From Candidatus Omnitrophota bacterium (GTDB lineage Bacteria > Omnitrophota > Gorgyraeia > Pluralincolimonadales > Pluralincolimonadaceae): 64,000 bases of DNA. The stretch spans positions 18,527 to 82,526 of the forward strand of contig JBAZFB010000007.1 of NCBI GenBank assembly GCA_041653595.1, in the 5' to 3' direction. The translations under genes and the position numbers were made by a program. Under the pieces are notes generated by a model that did no database searches, was not told the DNA's origin, and saw only the letters and a list, made by a program, of their open reading frames with translations. Below are positions 41,792 to 50,925 of the stretch, in pieces. The stretch's first letter is position 1, and every line of letters starts with the position of its first letter.

Positions 41792-42570
41792 CTGTGCGCC
41801 TTAAACCACATGTAATATCCCGATGTCTTTAACCTGAAATCCAACGAGCTGAACGGGCCGGAAGCGATCTTTACGCGTTTCAACCGGTAGGCGTCCAAAG
41901 CTATAGAGTTGTCACGCGGCATGGTCACGAAACCCGCCTTGTATCCCGCGTCCCTGAGTATGTCCCTCGTATAATCGTTAAACCCGCCGTAAGGGAAACA
42001 AAAGGCGTAGACCGGTTTCCCTGTGATGGCCTCTATCGCCTTCTTGGATTCGACTACTTCCCTCCTGAACCCCTCTTTAGTGGTCCCTTCGATAAACGGA
42101 TGCGTGACCGAATGGCTCTCAATATCGATGCCCGCGTCAGACATCTCTTTCATCTGCGCGGCATTAACGAAATCCGGCTTCCCTATAGAACCGGAGATGA
42201 CGAAGATGGTAGCCGGGATCTTATACTCCTTGAATACAGGAAAAGCGTTCACGTAATTATCCAGGTAGCCGTCATCGAAGGTCACCGCAACGATATTGCG
42301 CGGCATATTTTTCCCGCTCCTTATCATATCGGCGAGCTGCGCGGACGAAACGATGTCATATTTCCTGTCCCTGAGGTATTTCATCTGGGCGCGGAACTCC
42401 TTTACCGGGACGCTCAACTTAAGTTTAGCGCCATGGTCGTCGACCGAGTGGTACATGAGTATGGGCGGGTAATAACACTTCTCGAGAAAATTGCGCCCGC
42501 CGAAATAGAGCGCCGCGGCCGCGGCCAAAACAAGGGCTATAATTATTTTTTTCGGATTACTTAGAGCCAT
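41761..42570 (-). CDS. polysaccharide deacetylase (CE4 / NodB homology domain), secreted or anchored
   Basis: N-terminal signal/anchor. NodB motifs TFDDG and HSVTHP. Confidence 0.8.
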   Translation of the reverse strand: MALSNPKKIIIALVLAAAAALYFGGRNFLEKCYYPPILMYHSVDDHGAKLKLSVPVKEFRAQMKYLRDRKYDIVSSAQLADMIRSGKNMPRNIVAVTFDDGYLDNYVNAFPVFKEYKIPATIFVISGSIGKPDFVNAAQMKEMSDAGIDIESHSVTHPFIEGTTKEGFRREVVESKKAIEAITGKPVYAFCFPYGGFNDYTRDILRDAGYKAGFVTMPRDNSIALDAYRLKRVKIASGPFSSLDFRLKTSGYYMWFKAHRWKKKKSTEY

Positions 42571-43657
42571 CTATCACCTCTCTGTATACTTTTTCCACCT
42601 GCCGGGCCATCTTATCCGCCGTAAAATGCGCCTTGGCGTATTTTTTCGCGGCGGCGCTTATCTTTACGGCGAATTCCCGGTCGATTAAAATTTTCTTGAT
42701 AGCCTCTTTGAGTTTCCGGCTGTCCAGCGGGTCGGCCAAAACCCCTATCTCCGCGTCTTTCTGCATCGCCCTGAAATCTCCCACATCGGATGAAACGACC
42801 GGGACGTCCATCAACATAGCCTCTACGATGGACAGGCCGAACCCTTCGCTTGTGCTGGGCCTTACGAACACATCCATCACGGAGAGGAGATCGTGGGTAT
42901 CCAGGGTGTTCCCGACAAAACGCACATTGTCCGCGATACCAAGCTCCGAGACCCTGGCCTTGATCTTATCCTCTATCCTTCCGCTTCCGATTATCAATAA
43001 TTGCGCGCCCGGGACGTCGTCGAGCAGCGCCTTGAACGCCTCGAGGAGGATCATATGGCCCTTCTCTTCCGAAAGCCTCGCTATTATACCGATAACCGGC
43101 CCCCCGTTCAATTTATATCTTTTCCTTATTTCCCGTTTTTCCTGCTCTTTATATACATGCTCAAACCTTGAGGTATCCAGCCCGTTGTATATCAACCGGA
43201 TCTTCTTCTCGTCCCTGTTGAAATCATTTTTCAGGTGGCCGACGACCGACATACTAATGGCTATCGTCATCTCTCCCCAGCACGGCAGGACCTTCCTGAA
43301 AAAATGAGGCTTGTAAAAACCGTGCCATGTCGCGACATAAGGGACCTTGGTCATACTGGAGAGCATGCACGCGGCGAACTGCGCGACCCTCGTCTGGGCA
43401 TGTATTATCTCTATCTTCTCCTCCTTCACCAATTCCCATAACCTGAATACGGTCGCGGTTATCTTCGGGCTGGCGATCGATTTCGTCCCTAACGGGACCT
43501 TCACCGCCTTTACTTCCGGTAAGAGTTGTTTCTCCAGTTCCCCTCCCGCCGAAGCCACGAAGACTGAATGTCCCATAAGTTGCAGGGCATTAGCCAGGGT
43601 AACGGTGTACCTCTCGATGCCTCCTACACGCAGGTTGCTTGTTAAAAGTAATATCCT
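42557..43657 (-). CDS. glycosyltransferase family 4 (GT-B, RfaG/group 1)
   Basis: MRILLLTSNLRVGGIERY N-terminus and C-terminal EGFGLSIVEAM motif. Start trimmed to MRILLL. Confidence 0.85.
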   Translation of the reverse strand, partial: RILLLTSNLRVGGIERYTVTLANALQLMGHSVFVASAGGELEKQLLPEVKAVKVPLGTKSIASPKITATVFRLWELVKEEKIEIIHAQTRVAQFAACMLSSMTKVPYVATWHGFYKPHFFRKVLPCWGEMTIAISMSVVGHLKNDFNRDEKKIRLIYNGLDTSRFEHVYKEQEKREIRKRYKLNGGPVIGIIARLSEEKGHMILLEAFKALLDDVPGAQLLIIGSGRIEDKIKARVSELGIADNVRFVGNTLDTHDLLSVMDVFVRPSTSEGFGLSIVEAMLMDVPVVSSDVGDFRAMQKDAEIGVLADPLDSRKLKEAIKKILIDREFAVKISAAAKKYAKAHFTADKMARQVEKVYREVIDGSK

Positions 43658-45759
43658 CATTTCGGCAACATCACCCCGTCGATCGCTTTTAAGACGTCTT
43701 CCACGGTGATCTCCCTCATGCATCTTATATCCGAACAGACCGGCTTATAGCACGGCGAACATTTCAGGTCCCTTATCACTACCGCGCAATTTTCCGAAGG
43801 CGGCAGGTGGCGATCCGGGTCCGTAGGGCCGAAGAGCGCGACAAATGGCACGGCCATAGCCGCGGCAATATGCATCGGCGCGCTGTCGCTTGTCACGAGG
43901 CATTTAAACCTTTTCATAAGCGCCGCGAGTTCGGGAAGAGATGTCTTCCCGACCAGGTTTATCGGCTTGGACCTCGCCAGTGATAATATCTCGTCGCTCG
44001 TGTTCGCATCGGTTTCCGACCTGCCGCCTATAAGGACAGCCCTTATCTCGCGCTCGCCTAACAGGTCGCAAAGCCTCGCGAAATTCTCGGAGGGCCATTT
44101 TTTTGTGGCCCAGCGCGGGCTCGCGGACGGATTTATTCCGACAAGCGTCTGGTTCTCTCCTACCCACTCCGCCTCAAGCATCTTTTTTATATTTTCCGTA
44201 TCCGAGGCCGAGGGCCAGAGCTCAAGTTTCTTCGACGCGCCCTCTATGCCCATCATCGACAGGACCCCGAACTGGTGGTCCACCGGCGGGAGCGGCCCTT
44301 TGGCGTCCCTTATGGTCCTGTTAAGCAGGAACCAGTATTTACCTTTCCTGTAGCCGTACCTGCGCGGGGCCGCGCTCAGGAAAGCGAACAGGTGGCTCTT
44401 GGAGCTATTCTGGAGATCGACCACTTCCTCGAACCCGTACCTCCTGATCTCGGCCGCCAATTCGAAGAACCTGAGCCATCCCTTATCCCTGCCTTCCCTG
44501 TCATATATTATCGTCTCGTCTATATAAGGGCATCCTTTAAGCGCCTGGCTCTCGACCCTGCCTATCAGCAGGGCTATATACGCCTTCGGATATTTCTGGC
44601 GGATCGCGCGGATCGAAGGCGTGGCGAGGACGCAGTCGCCGACAGCGCTTATTTTCATTATAAGTATCCTCTTTACCCCTAGCGCCTCATCGTATACCCT
44701 AAGCGTCTCGGTCACCAGCCTGTCAAGGTTGAACTTCTCCTCGACGTCTTTCCTGGCGCGCTGCGTGACCTCCCTGGCGAATTTCCGGTCCTTGAGCAGT
44801 CTCACGATCGCCTCTGCCATAGGCTGCGGGTCTTCCGGCGGGACGATAAGCCCGTTCTCGCCGTCCCTCATTATCTCCATAACGCCGCCTACGCCGGTCG
44901 CCACGACCGGCACGCCTGAGGCGAACGCCTCTATTATCACCATCCCGAACCCCTCCGGCACTACGCTCGCCATGACGAGGAGGTCGAGCCTCGCGAGTAT
45001 ATCCGGGATATCGCTCCTCGCGCCGAGGAATTCGACATACCTGGAAAGCCCGAGCCTGTTCACCAGGCTCTCGAGCTCCTGCTTATATCTCTCCTTCTCC
45101 GGCGGGGCATCTCCCACGATGACGACCTTGATGCGGGGGATGTACCTCACAACTTTAGATACCGCCCGTATGAAATATTTATGGCCTTTTATCGGCGAGA
45201 GCCTGCCTATTATCCCTATCGTATATTCATGTTTTACCGATTCGTCCGGCTCCCTGTATTTGAATTTTTCCACGTCCACGCCCCTGTAGACCAGCCTTAT
45301 CCTGCGGAACGGGACCTTGAAATTATCCATCATGTGCTTGGCTACCACCTGGCTCACCGCGATGACGAGCTTGCCCCATCCCATTACCTTGCTGAAACTT
45401 AAAAATTTCTTCGAGTAATGGGCGTGGCAGGTGGTGATGAACGCGACGCCGGCGCCCCGCGCGGCATAATAGCCTATTATGGCCGGGACCCTGCTCTCCG
45501 CGTTAAGGACATCCGCCTTCTCCTGCCTCAATATCCTTTTGACCGCGGGTATCATCCTGAGGACGGTAAGCGGGTTCTTGCTGTGGACGGGAAGGCTGTA
45601 ATGTTTTATCCCGTTCGCCTCAAGGTGCTTTACCATCTCCCCGCCGTTGGATATGACGGTTATATTATGGCCGAGCTTGACCATCCTAAGGCAGAAATTG
45701 AGCACCCCAATCTCAACTCCGCCCGAATTCAACCTCGGTACTATATGGATTATCTTCAT
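43657..45759 (-). CDS. bifunctional glycosyltransferase: N-terminal GT4 domain fused to a C-terminal GT9 heptosyltransferase-like domain
   Basis: Residues 1-370 are GT4-like (MKIIHIVPRLNSGGVE..., EGFGMVIIEAFASGVPVV). Residues ~375-700 are GT9-like (ILIMKISAVGDCVLATPSIRAI ..., TSDSAPMHIAAAMAVP). Confidence 0.8.
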   Translation of the reverse strand: MKIIHIVPRLNSGGVEIGVLNFCLRMVKLGHNITVISNGGEMVKHLEANGIKHYSLPVHSKNPLTVLRMIPAVKRILRQEKADVLNAESRVPAIIGYYAARGAGVAFITTCHAHYSKKFLSFSKVMGWGKLVIAVSQVVAKHMMDNFKVPFRRIRLVYRGVDVEKFKYREPDESVKHEYTIGIIGRLSPIKGHKYFIRAVSKVVRYIPRIKVVIVGDAPPEKERYKQELESLVNRLGLSRYVEFLGARSDIPDILARLDLLVMASVVPEGFGMVIIEAFASGVPVVATGVGGVMEIMRDGENGLIVPPEDPQPMAEAIVRLLKDRKFAREVTQRARKDVEEKFNLDRLVTETLRVYDEALGVKRILIMKISAVGDCVLATPSIRAIRQKYPKAYIALLIGRVESQALKGCPYIDETIIYDREGRDKGWLRFFELAAEIRRYGFEEVVDLQNSSKSHLFAFLSAAPRRYGYRKGKYWFLLNRTIRDAKGPLPPVDHQFGVLSMMGIEGASKKLELWPSASDTENIKKMLEAEWVGENQTLVGINPSASPRWATKKWPSENFARLCDLLGEREIRAVLIGGRSETDANTSDEILSLARSKPINLVGKTSLPELAALMKRFKCLVTSDSAPMHIAAAMAVPFVALFGPTDPDRHLPPSENCAVVIRDLKCSPCYKPVCSDIRCMREITVEDVLKAIDGVMLPK

Positions 45760-47708
45760 AGTATCTTATCGAGCCCCGCCCGGATAGCCTCCATGTCCCC
45801 GCTTAATATATCGGCCTGCTTGTGGTTTATCAGGTGTTTGATATCGCCGCTTATATCCGCCGGGGCCGACACCGCGAGCAGCCCTTCTTTTTCCAGGTTG
45901 CGTACGGAAACTTCCTGTTTCGTCCCCGAAAATTTATTTATTTTTTGCGGCATGAATACCGCTACGGGTTTCCCGGAACTCACGGCTTCGGTCACCATCG
46001 CGACCGATTCGCCGGAAACGACGATCACATCCGACAGCGCGAGGATCCCTTCCACCGCCCCTTCGAAATTATTATCGTTCGCGATCAGGAGGAGTTTGAC
46101 CCTTTCCGATTTGCCGTAACGTTCCTTCAGCGCGAATTCGACCGCCCTCGGAGTCCTCCTCGAGGTCGTGATGAGCACGTCGGCGTCGATATCTCCGGCT
46201 GCCTCCATGACCCGGTCTACCACCTCTACCGCCAATTCTTTCTCGAACGCGTAAGACTTGGAATCTCCGCCCAGCAGCACGCCGATGATCCTGCCCCTGC
46301 TCACGACGGCATGTCTTTTCAGTTTCTCGCCGTATTCGCGCAGGGAATTTTTATCAAGGTCGGTCACCGCCCCCTTGGTGAAGACGGCATTACCGGAATC
46401 CCCGGCTTTGTCGTGGACCGGGATAACGCTGAGGCTAAAATCCTTTATGTTGTACATATTCGGCTTCATGATGACCACGGCCTTTGAGCCGAGCTCTCTC
46501 TTGAAAGCGAGGTTAACGCCGGCGAGCGATGCGCCGCATGATACCACATAATCGGCATAGGCGGCCCTCAGGTTGGCATAAACTTCTTCCGGGAAACAGA
46601 ACGAGAGGCTGTGAAGGCCCATGCCAAGGAGTGAACCTATGTCGAAGACCGTCCTCGCGAGACCGCTCCTGAATTTGACCTCGAGCGTCTCTATCACCGT
46701 GTCTTCCGCGGAGAAACCTCTTTCCACGCGGGCTTTCCTGATCGTATTGGCGAGGGCGCGGGATTGCTTGAAATGGCCAGCCCTCCCGTCGCTTAACACG
46801 AGGACATACCTGGCCGGGGTTGATTTCCAGCGCTTGTGCAGCCATAGCCATTGCCCGGGGTATTTCTCAATATAGCCCGCGAGCTTATCCGTGAACCTCT
46901 GGAGTATCTCGTGTATATCCTTCTTTATATCTTCCGACTGGAGGACAGAGATATCGTCCTCGATCATGACCGTATGATACGGGCCTTTCTGCCGTATTAT
47001 GACGACCGGGAATATCAAGGCTCCGGTCCTCAGGGAAAAATTAGCCGCTCCCTTAGGCGTGGATGCGGGCCGCCCGAGAAAATCCACGAATTCCCCGCGT
47101 TTTCCGCCGTCCTGGTCGGACAATATCCCGACCGTTTCCTTCCTCCTCAAGGCGTCAGTTATCTCTTCTATCGCGTCGTCCTTGAATATGACGTTCGCGC
47201 CTTTCGAACCGCGCATCTTATTCAGGTAATCGTTGAGCCTCTTAAGTTTTTGGAAACGGACAAGGACGTTCATCTTGAATCCAAAGGTAGAACCAGTCAA
47301 GGAACACAGTTCCCAGTTGCCGAAATGGGCGGTGAGGAAGATGACGCCCCTGTCTTCCTCCTTTGCCGCGCTCCTTACCTTATCGAGGCCTTCCACTCTG
47401 ATGTATTTGCTAACGTAATCCTCATCGAACTGCGGGAACTTCAGGAGTTCTATATAGGACTGCGCTAGGTTCTGGTATATTTCTTTTATTATGCGGTTCG
47501 CCTGCGAAGGCGTATACCTGCCCCTGAACGCGGCGCGCAGGTTGGCGTAAGCTACGGTCTTGCGCCTGCCCATCGTATAATATATGAGGCTCCCGAACCG
47601 CCTTGCTATCCAGAGTGAAAGCTTAAGCGGAAGCAGGCGGAATACGAACGCCTCAAGCCTTACGAATAAATATAGGATCCAGTCCGCCAAAAAAGTGCTC
47701 CTCGTCAT
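45756..47708 (-). CDS. two-domain protein: N-terminal LpxL/HtrB-family lipid A acyltransferase fused to a C-terminal ELM1-family (Mito_fiss_Elm1, GT-B-like) domain
   Basis: N-terminal half carries the acyltransferase H-box AHFGNWEL and YPGQWLWLHKRWK. C-terminal half carries the ELM1-family hallmarks LVLSDGRAGH and TTSRRTP. 650 aa. Confidence 0.7.
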   Translation of the reverse strand: MTRSTFLADWILYLFVRLEAFVFRLLPLKLSLWIARRFGSLIYYTMGRRKTVAYANLRAAFRGRYTPSQANRIIKEIYQNLAQSYIELLKFPQFDEDYVSKYIRVEGLDKVRSAAKEEDRGVIFLTAHFGNWELCSLTGSTFGFKMNVLVRFQKLKRLNDYLNKMRGSKGANVIFKDDAIEEITDALRRKETVGILSDQDGGKRGEFVDFLGRPASTPKGAANFSLRTGALIFPVVIIRQKGPYHTVMIEDDISVLQSEDIKKDIHEILQRFTDKLAGYIEKYPGQWLWLHKRWKSTPARYVLVLSDGRAGHFKQSRALANTIRKARVERGFSAEDTVIETLEVKFRSGLARTVFDIGSLLGMGLHSLSFCFPEEVYANLRAAYADYVVSCGASLAGVNLAFKRELGSKAVVIMKPNMYNIKDFSLSVIPVHDKAGDSGNAVFTKGAVTDLDKNSLREYGEKLKRHAVVSRGRIIGVLLGGDSKSYAFEKELAVEVVDRVMEAAGDIDADVLITTSRRTPRAVEFALKERYGKSERVKLLLIANDNNFEGAVEGILALSDVIVVSGESVAMVTEAVSSGKPVAVFMPQKINKFSGTKQEVSVRNLEKEGLLAVSAPADISGDIKHLINHKQADILSGDMEAIRAGLDKIL

Positions 47709-48738
47709 TTATTTTTATTTCCACCGCCAGCGCCAGCATCTTCACGCCCAAACCGGGATCCGCCGCGCCGGCCTGTTTTATGCGCGGCAGGTCTTTCTCG
47801 GTCGTTACAATCGTATCTATTCCCTTGCCCTTGCACTCAGCGGCGATCCTGCCGATCTCGCGCGAAGAATAGATATGGTGGTCCATGAAAAAATACGCCG
47901 CGGCGATATTCGCCCCGAGCGAGACCACGCTATCCTCAAAAGAAGCCGGGTCGCCTATCGCGCATAAGAGCGCGACCGACTTGTTATTCAGGCAATCGAT
48001 CGGGGCATCGGCGCCCCCCATCGCGTCATAAAGGCGCCGCGGCTCGTATGAGGCGTTAAATATCGCCGCATCGGGATTGACATCCCTTATTCTGTCTTTC
48101 AATATCTCCGCCCTGCCCTGGCTCGCCTCTTCCGGGAGGACCTTGGTCACTACGATGATATGGGCCCTCTTAAGCGCCGAGACCGGCTCCCTGAGTATGC
48201 CCCTCGGGATCAATTTCCCGTTGCCGAAAGGGTTGTCCGAACTGACCGCGACCACATCGACGTCCCTCTTGAGCCTCAGGTGCTGGAAACCGTCGTCAAG
48301 CAATATAATATCCGGCGCGTATTTCTCCTCGGCCTCTTTTGCGGACGCTATCCTGTCGCGCCCCACGAGGACCGGGACCCCGTCAAGCGAGCTCTTGAAG
48401 ACCTCGGCTTCGTCGGCAATGCCCGTATCCCTGTCCTTCATGTAACCTCGCGTCAGTATCACGACCTTCTTCCCTTTTTCCCTGAATCTACGCGCGATCT
48501 CCGCGGTCAAAGGGGTCTTGCCTGTCCCTCCCAGCGTTATATTCCCGACGCTTATTACCCTGCATTTGGGACGATAAGACCTGACGATCCCCCTCTTCAA
48601 AAGAAATCTCGTGACCGCTAAAACAGAGACGTAGTCAAATGACAGCCCATAAAGGAGCAGCTTGAGGGCCGCGGCTGCGGGGCCTTGCGCCTCATCGGTC
48701 ATCAACGAATAAAAATACCGCCTGATCTTCTCGCTCAT
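47653..48738 (-). CDS. lpxK: tetraacyldisaccharide 4'-kinase
   Basis: SVGNITLGGTGKTP P-loop, 361 aa. Confidence 0.9.
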   Translation of the reverse strand: MSEKIRRYFYSLMTDEAQGPAAAALKLLLYGLSFDYVSVLAVTRFLLKRGIVRSYRPKCRVISVGNITLGGTGKTPLTAEIARRFREKGKKVVILTRGYMKDRDTGIADEAEVFKSSLDGVPVLVGRDRIASAKEAEEKYAPDIILLDDGFQHLRLKRDVDVVAVSSDNPFGNGKLIPRGILREPVSALKRAHIIVVTKVLPEEASQGRAEILKDRIRDVNPDAAIFNASYEPRRLYDAMGGADAPIDCLNNKSVALLCAIGDPASFEDSVVSLGANIAAAYFFMDHHIYSSREIGRIAAECKGKGIDTIVTTEKDLPRIKQAGAADPGLGVKMLALAVEIKINDEEHFFGGLDPIFIRKA

Positions 48739-50009
48739 ATTCTTCCAAGAAACGGTTTGATAAGATAGAAATCTTTTTTAGCGGCGCCGGCCTTAGACTC
48801 CAGCGTCCGCCTCGCGTTCTCGCCCATCTTGCGCCGCTCGGCATCGTTCTCGAGCAGGACGCGCAGCGAGGCGACTAGCTCGGCTTCGTCCCCGACCTTC
48901 ACTGCCCCTCTCGCCGAGATGAGGTCGTTCGTTATCTCCTCAAAATTATGCGTATACGGGCCGAATAGCACTACCTTCGAATGGTACGCGGCCTCGAGGG
49001 GGTTCTGCCCGCCTTTATTTATCAGGCTCCCTCCGATGAAGACGATATCGGCGGCGGCGTAGAGATGGGAGAGCCTGCCCATCACGTCCAATATCAGCAC
49101 CTCTTTCTCCCCAAGCGCCCCCGTCTCCGGTCCTGAAACGAGCCGCGGGGTCAATCCTGATCCCCTTACAAGGCCGGCCACGCTGCCGGTCCTGTCCGTA
49201 TGCCTCGGCGCGATGAGCAGCCTCAACTCGGGAAATTCCTCAGAGAGTTCTTTATAGCAGCGCAATATCTTCTCTTCCTCTCCGGGGTTGGTCGAACCCG
49301 CGACCAATAATTTCTCTCCGGCCCCCAGCCCCAGCTTTTTCCTTAAGATATCCGGGGGATCGCCGGGGCTCTTCATCAGGGCCGCGTCATATTTCAGGTT
49401 CCCCGTAGCCTTCACTCTCTCTTTCGGCGCCCCGAGGGAGATGATCTTTTCGGCGTCGGCCCCGGACTGCATAAGGAAAAGGTCTATCTTTTGCAGGACA
49501 TCTTTAAGCAGCGGCCTTACCATGCCGTAATTCCTGAACGAGCCGGGCGAGACCCTGCCGTTGAATATCGCTATTTTCGCGCCGTTTTTTTTCAAAGAAG
49601 CTATCAGGTTCGGCCATATCTCGGTCTCGGCGATGAGGGCGATCTCCGGCCTTACCAGCTTTACGACCCTGTCCGTTATGCCGCTCAGGTCGAGAGGCAG
49701 GTATATTATAGCGACGGCATCTTTGAATTTCTCGCGGGCTATCTTATTGCCGGTAGCGGTGACTGTCGAGACGATTATCTTGCCGCCCGGGAGGTTCCTT
49801 CTCAGTTCCTCATAAAGCGGGACGCTCGCCATCACTTCGCCCACCGAGACGGCATGCAGCCAGACCGCCCCGGAGTCTTTTATCTTTGAAAGTGTTTCGC
49901 TGTCGAAGATCCCGAGCCGCTGGCTGCTGAAACTCCGCCATTTGCCTGAGAGCAAAAAATACGGGAGATAAAAAACGGAGAATATTACAAAAAACAGGTC
50001 GTAGAGCAT
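48735..50009 (-). CDS. waaA: 3-deoxy-D-manno-octulosonic acid transferase (Kdo transferase)
   Basis: N-terminal anchor, WLHAVSVGE motif, GT30 fold, 424 aa. Overlaps the lpxK start (co-transcribed lpxK-waaA). Confidence 0.9.
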   Translation of the reverse strand: MLYDLFFVIFSVFYLPYFLLSGKWRSFSSQRLGIFDSETLSKIKDSGAVWLHAVSVGEVMASVPLYEELRRNLPGGKIIVSTVTATGNKIAREKFKDAVAIIYLPLDLSGITDRVVKLVRPEIALIAETEIWPNLIASLKKNGAKIAIFNGRVSPGSFRNYGMVRPLLKDVLQKIDLFLMQSGADAEKIISLGAPKERVKATGNLKYDAALMKSPGDPPDILRKKLGLGAGEKLLVAGSTNPGEEEKILRCYKELSEEFPELRLLIAPRHTDRTGSVAGLVRGSGLTPRLVSGPETGALGEKEVLILDVMGRLSHLYAAADIVFIGGSLINKGGQNPLEAAYHSKVVLFGPYTHNFEEITNDLISARGAVKVGDEAELVASLRVLLENDAERRKMGENARRTLESKAGAAKKDFYLIKPFLGRI

Positions 50010-50022
50010 CTCTTTTTGGTTT

Positions 50023-50925
50023 TTAAGCCCGCGGGTGCGCTTTTGTATACGCGGACTTGAGCCTTTCGGTAGTTATATGGGTATATATCTGGGTCGTCGA
50101 GAGGTTGGCGTGGCCGAGAAGCTCCTGCACGCTCCTCAGGTCGGCGCCGTGGTCGAGCATATGCGTCGCGAATGAATGGCGCAGGGTGTGCGGCGATATC
50201 TTCTGCTGGATGCTCGCCTTGGTTATATATTTATTTATTATCCTTCTTATCGACCTGTCGGTCAGCCTGCCGCCGTTCTTGTTGAAGAAGAGCGCTTTAT
50301 CCCGCACTTCCATGGAAGTGCGGGACTTAGTCTCCTTCGCGACCGGCCTGCGCGCCTTCAGGTAATCCCTTATAGCCTGGAGCGCCCTCTCGCCTATCGG
50401 CACTATCCTCTCTTTTTTGCCCTTGCCGAACACTTTTATGATCCCGCCTATCTGGTCGATGTAGTCCATATTCAGGCCGACGAGCTCGCTCACCCTTATC
50501 CCTGTCGAATAGAGAGTCTCGAGTATCGCCCTGTCCCTGAGCCCCACCTCGCCCTCCCTGTCGGGCGATTCCAGGAGCAGGACTATCTCTTTTTCGTCCA
50601 GGAACTTCGGGAGGTGTTTGTCCCGCTTTGGCGTCGAAAGCGACGACGCGGGGTTGTTCTTTATTATCCCTTCCCTGAAGAGGAACTTGAAAAAAGACCT
50701 TATCGAGGCGATCTTGCGGGCGATCGAGACCTTCGACAGGTTCTGTTCCTTGACATGCGCCAGATACCTGCGCAGCGAGATGTAATCGACCTTCTCTATC
50801 GGCTCTTCCTTGAGGAATTCATTCAATGATTTGAGATCGACCGAATAGTTTATTAGCGTATGTTTCGAGGCGTTCCTCTCGATCTCAAGATATCTTATGA
50901 ATTTCTCGACGTATCTATCTATCAA
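50023..50925 (-). CDS. xerC: tyrosine site-specific recombinase XerC/XerD family
   Basis: N-terminal SAM-like domain and C-terminal catalytic HTLRHSFATH...LLGH...Y, 300 aa. Confidence 0.9.
   Translation of the reverse strand: MIDRYVEKFIRYLEIERNASKHTLINYSVDLKSLNEFLKEEPIEKVDYISLRRYLAHVKEQNLSKVSIARKIASIRSFFKFLFREGIIKNNPASSLSTPKRDKHLPKFLDEKEIVLLLESPDREGEVGLRDRAILETLYSTGIRVSELVGLNMDYIDQIGGIIKVFGKGKKERIVPIGERALQAIRDYLKARRPVAKETKSRTSMEVRDKALFFNKNGGRLTDRSIRRIINKYITKASIQQKISPHTLRHSFATHMLDHGADLRSVQELLGHANLSTTQIYTHITTERLKSAYTKAHPRA

Noticed and set aside
50023-50925. Integrase marking a mobile element or genomic island
   Set aside because: The protein has the XerC/XerD chromosome-dimer-resolution architecture and sits in the conserved dprA-topA-xerC housekeeping context. 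No flanking tRNA, direct repeats, phage or transposase genes or compositional shift were seen.
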